A DNA stretch of 64,000 nt from the NCBI GenBank assembly GCA_963823015.1, contig CAWGJW010000004.1, forward strand, positions 540,301 to 604,300, read 5' to 3'. The position numbers and the translations under genes were made by a program. Every line of letters starts with the position of its first letter. Positions within the stretch are counted from its first letter, which is position 1. The stretch comes from an uncultured Actinomycetota bacterium. Its GTDB lineage: Bacteria > Actinomycetota > Actinomycetes > Actinomycetales > Demequinaceae. The notes beneath the pieces were generated by a model that was not told where the DNA came from, did no database searches, and saw nothing but the letters and a program-made list of their open reading frames with translations. This document shows, piece after piece, positions 30,288 to 39,080 of this stretch.

Positions 30288-30719
30288 TCAGCGCGGGTCG
30301 TCTCCGGCTCCTTCTTCGCGATGCTGACGCCGCTTCTCGCGCTCGGCCCGGATGGCTGCGCGCGCTCGCTCATGTCGGACATGGAGGTACCTGACGGGGT
30401 CTTCGTCGTACTCCCGGCAGTCGTCGAGCCAGGCCTCTAGGTCTGCCCTGATCATGTCGAGCGTCCGAACGTAGATGCCCGGCGGGCCATGGTGGATCAA
30501 GTGGGGCGTCTCGGGGAGGTGCGCCATGCTCAGTCCGTGAATGTGCTGGAGGCCCGATGGCACCATTAGGTCGTCTGAAGGCTCGTGCGCGGCGTCACCT
30601 TCGACCCAAGGGACCGTCCAAGCGTGAGCGTCCTCACGGGACTGCGCGCCGGCCGCGACGGCGCGCCAGACTTTCTCGACTGTGGCTCTGGGTGGCCAAC
30701 CGCCCAGATGCTTCCCCAT
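30288..30719 (-). CDS. hypothetical protein (143 aa)
   Basis: An ORF of moderate GC with no recognisable family. The C-terminus is a charged helix (RAAIRAEREKRRQHREE). Confidence 0.45.
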   Translation of the reverse strand: MGKHLGGWPPRATVEKVWRAVAAGAQSREDAHAWTVPWVEGDAAHEPSDDLMVPSGLQHIHGLSMAHLPETPHLIHHGPPGIYVRTLDMIRADLEAWLDDCREYDEDPVRYLHVRHERARAAIRAEREKRRQHREEGAGDDPR

Positions 30720-30774
30720 GTGGGCAATTCTCTCCGACGCGCGGGACGTTTGGCGATTCGGGCGCAGGATGAGA

Positions 30775-30802
30775 GGCCAAGACCACTTAGCGCCAATACA
30801 TC
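30775..30802 (+). repeat. island junction repeat, copy B
   Basis: ggccaagaccacttagcgccaatacatc. The upstream about 25 nt also resembles the flank of copy A. Confidence 0.55.
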
Positions 30803-30990
30803 GCGTTCACGTGCGCCGCTGTGCGGTCTTCTACCGACCGTTCGCCGCGCGGCGCGTTCGCGATGCGCGTAGCGTCGGGACCACAAGCGGAGCGGGTGAT
30901 CCATCAACTTGAAGATCTCGTTACTCCGCTGATTTGCGTATACGTAATTCGGGCCGAAGTGCCCCTTCGCCTCCAGAGAAAGAAGCCGAA

Positions 30991-31197
30991 ATGACCTACG
31001 TGGTACTCCAGATCATCCTGAAAGAAAAGTTCATCGGCACGGGCTCCGGAAACCTCACGGAATTGGAGAACGCGATCAACGCCCAAGCCGAAAAGGGCTA
31101 CCGACTTCACACCATTAGCACCGCCGCCTCCGGAAGCAAGGGCTTCGGCGGCGGCGATCGCATCCAGGCGACCCTCGTCTTCGAGAAGTTGGCGTAG
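30991..31197 (+). CDS. small protein, DUF4177-like
   Basis: 68 aa (MTYVVLQI..LENAINAQAEKGYRLHTIST..ATLVFEKLA) from low-GC (about 50%) sequence. The family assignment is from memory of the pattern only. Confidence 0.45.
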   Translation: MTYVVLQIILKEKFIGTGSGNLTELENAINAQAEKGYRLHTISTAASGSKGFGGGDRIQATLVFEKLA

Positions 31198-31264
31198 CAC
31201 TCGACATCGTCGACTCGCAGAGCCGACCGCCGCCTCTCGGAGCGAATTACGGGACGACGAATCC

Positions 31265-31292
31265 GCTAACCCCGCTAACCGCCAATACATCC
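31265..31292 (+). repeat. island junction repeat, copy C
   Basis: gctaaccccgctaaccgccaatacatcc. Confidence 0.5.
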
Positions 31293-31342
31293 TTAGTGGT
31301 GTTCGCTGAACGGCGGGTCGGGAGTACGGCCCTGTGCGGGGT

Positions 31343-31585
31343 CTAGCGGCGGGAGGTGGCTATCACGAGTCCGAGAGCACCCGTACCAATGATGAGGAAG
31401 CCAACCGCACGGGCCGTCTGTGCCGCCGCCTGCTGAATCCCCGTGTAGGCATCGCCACCGTATTCCATATTGTGAGTGGAGCTAATGAAGTAGATCCCGA
31501 TTATCAGTGCCGCGATCGCCCATAGGACGGCGACGACCAATGCGGAATCGCTGGAGCTCGCCTGGTCTGGCTGTGTTTCAGTCAT
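31343..31585 (-). CDS. small two-TM membrane protein
   Basis: 80 aa (MTETQPDQ..VVAVLWAIAALIIGIYFI..AVGFLIIGTGALGLVIA). The upstream part of the 167-aa ORF runs through junction repeat D and looks non-coding. Confidence 0.45.
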   Translation of the reverse strand: MTETQPDQASSSDSALVVAVLWAIAALIIGIYFISSTHNMEYGGDAYTGIQQAAAQTARAVGFLIIGTGALGLVIATSRR

Positions 31586-31761
31586 GATGTGACACCTTTC
31601 GTTGCTGTGGGCTCTCTCGGATCCCCGGATTCCCAGGACTTGTGTCGCAATTGCCATGCTAGAGCGCGCCGCTCTGGTACCGCCTGAGTTCTTTGAGCGG
31701 CGCAATGTTCTACTACTGAGAGTCCGAGCGGACGCTACCTTCGCTTGCGGCGTGGAAGCAC

Positions 31762-31796
31762 TCGGCAACCCGACTACTCGCCAATACACCCCCTCC
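31762..31796 (+). repeat. island junction repeat, copy D
   Basis: tcggcaacccgactactcgccaatacaccccctcc. Confidence 0.65.
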
Positions 31797-31894
31797 ATCC
31801 ACCAGGCGGTGCCGCGCCCACGGTCGCGCTTGCACTGAGGAGACACTTGCGCGTGTGGCTCCTATGTGGACGAGACGCGGGGTGAGCGTGTCTT

Positions 31895-32578
31895 CTACCG
31901 CTCGTTGTCGGATTGGTAGGGAATCCCGCTGAGGCCGAGTGCCCGCTGCACGTCGATGCGCATCGCTTCGGACCGTTCCTCCATCCGTCGCCTCTCTTGC
32001 GCGTTGAAGACCGGGTCCGTGAATTCCTGCGTGTTGTCGCTTGTGATCTTGAACCTCCCCGCCAGAATCTCACGGTTCATGGGGAGGAGATCGCGCCACA
32101 TGTCACGGTTGTCGCCGACGTAGCAGGGGAGGCTCCAGAAGATCCCTCCGATCTGCACGCCGCAGAACTGCAGCTCAGCGAAGCACTGCTCGAACTCGGC
32201 GACATTCCAGCGAACCTCTGGTTTGCTATTCGGGCCACCTACCCCCTTCTGTGCACTCAGAAACGTGCCGGGGTTCTGTTGCACCCACTGGTCATGCACG
32301 ACGCGATTGCGAACAACGTGCGCCTTGTCAAGCCGATCAAGCGCAGCGAGGCAGTCAGATACATATTCGGGGTCGATGGCCGACGCCTTCAGCATGTTCC
32401 GAACGTCCTTCGATACTTTTGCAAACATCTCGGGCACCACCGCCCAGCTCAGTCCTTGTCCGGACAGCCAGTAGTAGATGGTCCTGAGCGTGGACTCGAT
32501 CTCGGCCTCTTTCCGGACGACTCGCCCCGCCCAAAGCGAGACCTGGTCCTCGTGCGAGAGTTCGGAGATGTCGGTCAT
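31895..32578 (-). CDS. hypothetical protein with a HEPN-like Rx4H motif
   Basis: 227 aa from low-GC sequence. The helical N-terminal about 105 aa end in LDKAHVVRNRVVHDQW (RNxxxH, the HEPN active-site pattern). The C-terminal half is unknown. Confidence 0.5.
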   Translation of the reverse strand: MTDISELSHEDQVSLWAGRVVRKEAEIESTLRTIYYWLSGQGLSWAVVPEMFAKVSKDVRNMLKASAIDPEYVSDCLAALDRLDKAHVVRNRVVHDQWVQQNPGTFLSAQKGVGGPNSKPEVRWNVAEFEQCFAELQFCGVQIGGIFWSLPCYVGDNRDMWRDLLPMNREILAGRFKITSDNTQEFTDPVFNAQERRRMEERSEAMRIDVQRALGLSGIPYQSDNER

Positions 32579-32696
32579 GTCGTACAGCCTATTGGCGACG
32601 CGGGAGTGGACGTCGGTGCCGCATCGAAGCGCCTATGCATGCGACGCGAGTCCGCAACCCCGTCTTGCGCTACCACGTGCGAGGCACTACCTTGCA

Positions 32697-32797
32697 TCGG
32701 CAACCCGACTTGGGTCGTTCCGCAGGCGGGCTTGCGGGGGAAGGGGCGCGCTTGAGGGGATCAAGCCTGACCGCCCCGAGGGCGCGCCCCTTCCCCC
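32697..32797 (+). repeat. composite element: truncated junction repeat E plus conserved-loop hairpin H2
   Basis: tcggcaacccgact (32697-32710) is followed by the stem gggggaaggggcgcgc / gcgcgccccttccccc (32736-32751 / 32782-32797). The loop core is ggggatcaagcctgaccgcc (32756-32775). Confidence 0.7.
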
Positions 32798-32920
32798 GCC
32801 CCGTCGTGGACAGTGGTCGCGGGGCGCGTCGAGGTGTGATGCGTGTCACGGGGATGTAACCAGAACGCGTCGGCGGGCGATATCTCCGGTGTAGGCCGAT
32901 TCCCAGCCAAGGAGAGTCCC

Positions 32921-33673
32921 ATGTTCCACACGAAGCGCGCCACCACGTTCGCCGGCGTCGTCGCCGGCGCCGCGTTGCTGGCGTTCGTCGCACCCGCCGC
33001 GACCGCGGACAGCGCGGCGCCCGCATCGAACACGTGCCCGACCGTCACGCCCACCCCGACGCCCGCTCCCACGCCGGAGCCGTCGATGACCCCGCTCTCG
33101 GCGATCCAGAAGGTCGTCTCCGACCGGCCGGACAACCCTGGAAAGAGCGGTGAGGAGCACGGCAACTCGGGCAAGGACAAGAGCGACAAGAGCAACAACG
33201 GCAACAACGGGGACAACGGCAAGGCCAAGGGCGATACGGTCCGCACGAAGGACCAGAAGCGCGCCCAGGACTGCCTCGACCAGACCGCGCCGACGCGTGC
33301 GGAGCTGCGCGAGCAGATTCGCCTCAACGGCGGTTCGTGGGGCGCGTACCAGCGCCAGGAGACCCTCGTGAGGGTCGCGACGAAGCTGGCCGAGCGCTAC
33401 GGGGCGAGCCCCGAGGCGCCCAAGTCGGCGTCGCTCGGGCGGATCCTCACGCTCATCAACACCGGACTGCCGGCGGACCTGCAGATCGACGTCCAGACGT
33501 TCCTGGCGGAGTACGAGTTGACGCTCGCCGACATCAAGTGGCCGACGAACTCCGACGAGCCGAGCCCCGAGCCCAGCCCGTCGCCCAGCCCCGAGCCCAG
33601 CGAGTCGCCGAGCCCGTCTCCGAGCCCGTCGCCCAGCGCGTCTCCGAGCGCGTCGCCTAGCCCGACCGCGTAG
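32921..33673 (+). CDS. secreted Ser/Pro-rich hypothetical protein
   Basis: RBS AAGGAGAG and a signal peptide (..FVAPAATADS). There are TPTP and SPSP low-complexity tracts and a Lys/Asn/Gly-rich segment. Confidence 0.6.
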   Translation: MFHTKRATTFAGVVAGAALLAFVAPAATADSAAPASNTCPTVTPTPTPAPTPEPSMTPLSAIQKVVSDRPDNPGKSGEEHGNSGKDKSDKSNNGNNGDNGKAKGDTVRTKDQKRAQDCLDQTAPTRAELREQIRLNGGSWGAYQRQETLVRVATKLAERYGASPEAPKSASLGRILTLINTGLPADLQIDVQTFLAEYELTLADIKWPTNSDEPSPEPSPSPSPEPSESPSPSPSPSPSASPSASPSPTA

Positions 33674-33691
33674 CCCCCGACCCGCGCGATC

Positions 33692-33728
33692 ACGACGGGG
33701 CCCGGTCCGTGCGACCGGGCCCCGTCGT
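33692..33728. terminator. bidirectional terminator hairpin between convergent genes
   Basis: A perfect 16-bp stem acgacggggcccggtc / gaccgggccccgtcgt with a 5-nt loop. Confidence 0.6.
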
Positions 33729-33750
33729 TGCGTCTTGGGTCGGGCGCGCG

Positions 33751-36111
33751 CTACGCGCCGACGTACTCGCGCAGGTGGGTCGCGGTGAGGGTCGAGGCGT
33801 CCTTGACCAGCGCGGCGGGGGTTCCCTCGAACACGACGCGCCCGCCGTCGTGGCCCGCGCCGGGACCGAGGTCGATGATCCAGTCCGCGTGGGCCATCAC
33901 GGCCTGGTGGTGCTCGATGACGATGACGGTGTTGCCGTCGTCCACCAGGCGGTCGAGCAGCGCGAGCAGGTGGTCCACGTCGGCGAGGTGCAGGCCCGCG
34001 GTGGGCTCGTCGAGCACGTAGGTCGACGTCTTCTTCGCCATGTGGATCGCGAGCTTGAGGCGTTGGCGCTCGCCGCCGGAGAGCGTGGTGAGCGCCTGCC
34101 CCAGCCCCAGGTAGGGAAGCCCGACGTCGCTCAGCCGCTGCAGCGTCGTGCCGGCGGGGCCGTCGGGGAAGAACTCAAGCGCCTCGGCCACGGACATGTC
34201 GAGCACGTCCGCGATGTTCTTGCCGCGCAGGCGCAGCCCCAGGACCTCCTCGGTGAACCGCTTGCCGCTGCACTCCTCGCACACGGACGAGACGGTCGCC
34301 ATCGGCCCGAGGTCCGTGAAGATGAGGCCGAGGCCCTTGCACACCGGGCAGGCCCCCTCCGAGTTCGCGCTGAACAGCGCGGGCTTGACGCCGTTGGCCT
34401 TCGCGAAGTCTTTGCGGACGACGTCGAGGAGACCCGTGTACGTGGCGGGGTTGGAGCGGCGGGAGCCGCCGATCGCGGTCTGGTCGACGACGATGACGTC
34501 GTCCCGGTCGGCGAGGTTGCCGTGGATGAGGGAGGTCTTGCCGGACCCGGCGACGCCCGTGACGACGGTGAGGACGCCCGTCGGGACGTCCACGGAAACG
34601 TCCTGGAGGTTGTGCTGGTTCGCGCCGCGGATCTCGAGGACGCCGGTGCGCTCCCGCGCCGACTCGCGCAGCCGGGCGCGGTGGTCGAGGTGGCGTCCGG
34701 TGAGGGTGTCGGAGGCGCGGAGCGCGTCCACGGTCCCCTCGAACTGGACCTCGCCGCCGAAGCGCCCGGCGCCGGGGCCGAGGTCCACGACGTGATCGGC
34801 GATGGAGATGACCTCGGGCTTGTGCTCCACGACGAGCACGGTGTTGCCCTTGTCGCGGAGCCGGAGGAGCAGCTCGTTCATGCGGCGGATGTCGTGGGGG
34901 TGGAGCCCGATGGTGGGCTCGTCGAAGACGTAGGTGACGTCGGTGAGCGACGAGCCGAGGTGGCGGATCATCTTGGTGCGCTGGGACTCGCCTCCGGAGA
35001 GCGTGCCCGCCGGTCGGTCGAGGCTCAGGTACCCCAGCCCGATCTCCACGAACGAGTCGAGCGTCTCGGTGAGCGAGGCGAGAAGCGGCGCCACCGTCGG
35101 CTCCTGGAGCCCGCGCGCCCAGACGGCGAGGTCGCTGATCTGCATGGCGCACGCATCGGCGATCGACACCCCGCCGATCTTCGACGACCGCGCGCCCTCG
35201 CTCAGGCGCGTCCCGCCGCACTCCGGGCACGTCTGGAACGTGACGGCCCGCTCCACGAACGCCCGGATGTGGGGCTGCATCGCGTCGACGTCCTTGGAGA
35301 GCATGGACCTCTGGATCCTGGGGACCAGGCCCTCGTAGGTCAGGTTGATGCCGTTGATCTTGACCTTGGTGGGCTCCTTGTGGAGGAAGTCGTGCAGTTC
35401 CCGCTTGGAGTAGTCGCGGATGGGCTTGGCGGGGTCGAGGAACCCCGCCTCGGTGTAGATCCGCACGTACCAGCCGTCGGCGGTGTAGCCGGGGATGGTG
35501 ATGGCGCCGTCGGCGAGGGACTTGGTCTCGTCGAAGAGCTGGGCGAGGTCGATGTCCGTCACGCTCCCCATGCCGTCGCACCGCGGGCACATCCCACCCG
35601 TGATGGAGAAGGCCTTGCGTTCCTTGGTGGTGACCCCGGAGCGCTCGAACGTGACGGCCCCGGCGCCCGAGACGGACGGCACGTTGAAGGAGAACGCCTG
35701 GGGGGAGCCGATGTGCGGCTGGCCGAGCCGGCTGAAGAGGATGCGGAGCATCGCGTTGGCGTCCGTCGCGGTGCCGACGGTGGAGCGGGCGTTCGCGCCC
35801 ATGCGCTCCTGGTCGACGATGATGGCCGTGGTGATCCCGGACAGGACGTCCACGTCCGGCCGCGCGAGGGACGGCATGAAGCCCTGCACGAACGCCGGGT
35901 ACGTCTCGTTGATCATCCGCTGCGACTCGGCGGCGATGGTGCCAAATACCAGGGAGGACTTGCCTGAGCCGGACACCCCCGTGAAGACCGTGAGCCGACG
36001 CTTGGGGATGCGGAGCGAGACGTCCTTGAGGTTGTTCTCGCGCGCGCCGGAGACGTCGATGAAGTCGTGGGTGTCCGCGGCGTGCGAGGCGGGGGCGGGG
36101 GAGGCGTTCAC
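33751..36111 (-). CDS. UvrA-like ABC ATPase paralogue (class II UvrA, short form)
   Basis: 786 aa with two ABC ATPase modules (GVSGSGKSS / GVAGSGKTS; LSGGESQR / LSGGERQR) and zinc modules (CPRCDGMG, CPECGG, CPVCKG..CEECSG). It is too short to contain the canonical UvrB-binding insertion. Confidence 0.88.
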   Translation of the reverse strand: MNASPAPASHAADTHDFIDVSGARENNLKDVSLRIPKRRLTVFTGVSGSGKSSLVFGTIAAESQRMINETYPAFVQGFMPSLARPDVDVLSGITTAIIVDQERMGANARSTVGTATDANAMLRILFSRLGQPHIGSPQAFSFNVPSVSGAGAVTFERSGVTTKERKAFSITGGMCPRCDGMGSVTDIDLAQLFDETKSLADGAITIPGYTADGWYVRIYTEAGFLDPAKPIRDYSKRELHDFLHKEPTKVKINGINLTYEGLVPRIQRSMLSKDVDAMQPHIRAFVERAVTFQTCPECGGTRLSEGARSSKIGGVSIADACAMQISDLAVWARGLQEPTVAPLLASLTETLDSFVEIGLGYLSLDRPAGTLSGGESQRTKMIRHLGSSLTDVTYVFDEPTIGLHPHDIRRMNELLLRLRDKGNTVLVVEHKPEVISIADHVVDLGPGAGRFGGEVQFEGTVDALRASDTLTGRHLDHRARLRESARERTGVLEIRGANQHNLQDVSVDVPTGVLTVVTGVAGSGKTSLIHGNLADRDDVIVVDQTAIGGSRRSNPATYTGLLDVVRKDFAKANGVKPALFSANSEGACPVCKGLGLIFTDLGPMATVSSVCEECSGKRFTEEVLGLRLRGKNIADVLDMSVAEALEFFPDGPAGTTLQRLSDVGLPYLGLGQALTTLSGGERQRLKLAIHMAKKTSTYVLDEPTAGLHLADVDHLLALLDRLVDDGNTVIVIEHHQAVMAHADWIIDLGPGAGHDGGRVVFEGTPAALVKDASTLTATHLREYVGA

Positions 36112-36191
36112 GGGCGAGGCTCCTTCGACGCGGTGGCCATCAAGGATAACTCGCGGGGAGGTGGCGGTCTCAAGGCGATTCTCGCGTGCGT

Positions 36192-36220
36192 TTGACAGAA
36201 TTCACGGGCGTACATAGGTT
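36192..36220 (+). promoter_or_regulatory. putative sigma70-type promoter of the toxin gene
   Basis: TTGACA (36192-36197), a 17-nt spacer, then TAGGTT (36215-36220), about 160 nt upstream of the ATG at 36380. Confidence 0.4.
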
Positions 36221-36379
36221 CGGCTCAGGGCATTGGGGAGCCCTTCGGAGACGGGGGCGGCGGAGACGCTCCGATATTCATTTACGCCGAGCTTGAACCG
36301 TCGACGTCGGCCAGCGCCGGGATACTTCGCGGGCCGCAGGGGAAGGTCGTTCGCTGTACGTGATGACGAGGGGGTCACC

Positions 36380-38731
36380 ATGATTCGTACGAGAGTCGCG
36401 CTCGTGGGCGCGGTCGCTGTCATCGCCGTGACGCTTCCACCGCTACCGGCGACCGCTGCCGGGACACCATGGTCTGGCGAGGTTACCTTGACGGCGACCG
36501 GGACGTCATACACGTCGAACCAGTCGGTTCCCCGGTATGAGGCGACGGCGTCTCCGCACTTGACGGGAGGGTATTACCTCTCCGTGTACAACGACCTCGG
36601 TCAACGGGTGTGCTACATCGGTACTGGCTACACCCAGTGCACGGGTTCCACGGGTGCGCCGTTGAACGCGTCGCGCACCTATACGGCGTACGTGGCGTAT
36701 GGCACGCCGCCGAACGTCGGGCCTCCGACGAACGACGTGCGCGCGACTTCCGGCTCGGTCACGGTGACGAACCTCGGGTATGTCAACAGTTCGATCACGT
36801 TGACGACGACGGCAACGTCGTACACGTCGAATCAATCGACGCCGCGTTACGAGGCGACAGTATCTCCCCACTTGACGGCTGGGTACTACCTGTCGGTCTA
36901 CAACGACCTCGGCCAGCGCGTGTGCTACGTCGGTACTGGCTACACCCAGTGCACGGGCTATACCAGTGCGCCGTTGAACGCGTCGCGCACCTATACGGCG
37001 TACGTGGCGTATGGCACGCCGCCGAACGTCGGGCCTCCGACGAACGACGTGCGCGCGACTTCCGGCTCGGTCACGGTGACGAACCTCGGGTATGTCAACA
37101 GTTCGATCACGTTGACGACGACGGCAACGTCGTACACGTCGAATCAATCGACGCCGCGTTACGAGGCGACGGTTTCTCCGAACCTGTCGGCCGGGTACTA
37201 CCTGTCGGTCTACAACGACCTCGGCCAGCGTGTGTGCTACGCGAGTTCTGGCGGGTGCTCGGCTACCTCGGCGCGCCGTTGAACGAGTCTCGCACCTATA
37301 CGGCGTACGTGGCGTATGGGACGCCGCCGAACGTCGGGCCTCCGACGAACGACGTGCGCGCGACTTCCGGTGCGGTCACGGTGACGAACCTCGGATACGT
37401 CATTAGCTCGATCACGTTGACGACTTCCGCCGCGTTCTACGCGTCGAATCAGTCGCCACCGACGTACCTGGCGTCGGTGTCTCCGCGGTTGGCCGTCGGA
37501 TACTACCTGTCCGGTGTACAACGACCTCGGCCAACGGGTGTGCTACATCGGTTCTGGCAACACCGAGTGCACGGGTTACACTGGCGCGCCGTTGAACGAG
37601 TCGCGCACGTACACCGCCTACGTGTCGTACGGCGTCCCGCCGAGCTCCGGGGTCCCGACGAACGACGTACGAGCCACCTCCGCCTCCGTCACGGTGACGA
37701 ATGTGGGCTGGGCGGGCCATTTCACCTCGGCCGACACGACGGCCGCGGACCAGGCGTTCTCCGGCGCGACATCGGCCACCTTCGGGTGGGACGAGCCACT
37801 GTCATTCGTACACGTCGACATCGTCGCGAGCGACGGTCAGGTGATCAAGACGTGTAGTGAAGTCGGTTCGCTCTCGTGCACCGCGGCCCTCGCGTTGGGG
37901 TCCGACGAGTCGGCGACGCTCCATGCCGAGGCTCGCGCGAACACACCCGGCGGGGGATACGTGACGGTGGCGACCTCGGGCAGCGTCGAGTTGGCGGGTA
38001 TGGACGCGAACTCGTTTGCCGAGTTCCTTGCGTTCGCCCCCGAGGCGTCTCTTCCGTCGACGCTAGGCGCCGCGCGCGCGCAGCAGGTGCTCGCGATCCG
38101 GGCCGGAGCGCAGTCGGAGACCTTCTGCGTCGCCCTTGGTGAGACGTACCCGAGCAACGCGCAATTCCACTCGTCGACGCCCGACGTGACGCTCAAGTGC
38201 ACGGTGAGTAGGACCGCCGCGCTGCGCTACTTGATCGTCGCGCTCGGGGCCGTCGTCGCACTCGACATCATGTCCTATGCGATCGACACCGATCAGGGGT
38301 CGGGCACGGGTACCGAACCCGAACCATCGCCGTCGCCACAACCGGACCCGATCGTGCCCGGCGGCCCCAACGATCCACCCACCACCGCCGTCGACACTTG
38401 TCAGATCCCGCCCGGCGTTCCCGACGTCTACCGCCACTACACGACCGAGGCCGGTCGCGTCGGGATCTCGGCGTCCGGGTTGATCATGAGTAGCTCCGGT
38501 ACGAACTACGTGACGGTGACGGCCTACGCCAGCGGGTTGACGGCCCGCGCCGACCTGGCCTTAGGGTCAACTCCGACCGGCTACTTCGAAATCCCGGCAG
38601 AGCGTCTACCGAACCTCGAAGGCCCGAGGTGTGTGACGGCTCTCAATGGAGAGCCCGGCGGCGGGGTGGAATACTGGACAAATCAGCCGATATCCGCGGA
38701 AGGGTTGACATGGGTTCCGATCGGACCGTGA
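36380..38731 (+). pseudogene. secreted repeat-rich polymorphic-toxin-like protein with an ART (HYD1-like) C-terminal domain; the frame is broken twice
   Basis: Signal peptide MIRTRVALVGAVAVIAVTLPPLPATAAG, then four 104-aa Cys-pair repeats, a divergent fifth module, a hydrophobic helix, a Pro-rich linker and a C-terminal about 100 aa (VYRHYTTEAGRVGISASGLI..GYFEIP..). Frame switches lie near 37255 and 37512. There is an in-frame TGA at 37280-37282. Confidence 0.65.
36477..37718 (+). repeat. four tandem 312-bp coding repeats
   Basis: Long identical stretches recur with an exact 312-nt offset (for example tgtcaacagttcgatcacgttgacg at 36781 and 37093). Units 3 and 4 are more diverged. Confidence 0.85.
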
Positions 38732-38976
38732 GGACTCGCTATTTCGTAAGTTACAACTACGGCCAGGGCGATCTCTGGGCATTCGTATTTGCACCTTCTG
38801 AGGAATCGATCACTTCGGCATACCCCGAACTAGAGGTGTTCGATCCGCGACCACCCGAGATGTCGGAAGAGCGGTTCGCTGAACTTTTGGAGTACGCCGA
38901 TACGCGCTTCACCGACATCGAGGACGACGACTTCTGGTTGTTCGAGGCGCTACGGTCCGGTCGGGGAACCGAATAG
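38710..38976 (+). CDS. candidate immunity protein for the upstream toxin
   Basis: An 88-aa acidic protein. Its ATG lies 22 nt inside the 3' end of the toxin ORF, the classic toxin-immunity arrangement. I recognise no family. Confidence 0.5.
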   Translation: MGSDRTVRTRYFVSYNYGQGDLWAFVFAPSEESITSAYPELEVFDPRPPEMSEERFAELLEYADTRFTDIEDDDFWLFEALRSGRGTE

Positions 38977-39080
38977 GCGTTGCGTCTCGCGTACGTACTG
39001 ACCGCGAGTCTTCAAGGGCGGCGCTCTGCAGTCGTTACTCTCCCATTACGCCATCCCTCGGCAAGTGCGGGGCGACCGCC

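Noticed and set aside
30146-31846. The peptide motif GVYWR.VGLP recurs in minus-strand ORFs (30146..30382 and 31343..31846) and could be a duplicated coding segment.
   Set aside because: The motif sits at different positions relative to the ORF ends. One copy has a stop right after MYWR. The surrounding translation is low-complexity. The similarity is better explained as a non-coding nucleotide repeat (the junction repeat).
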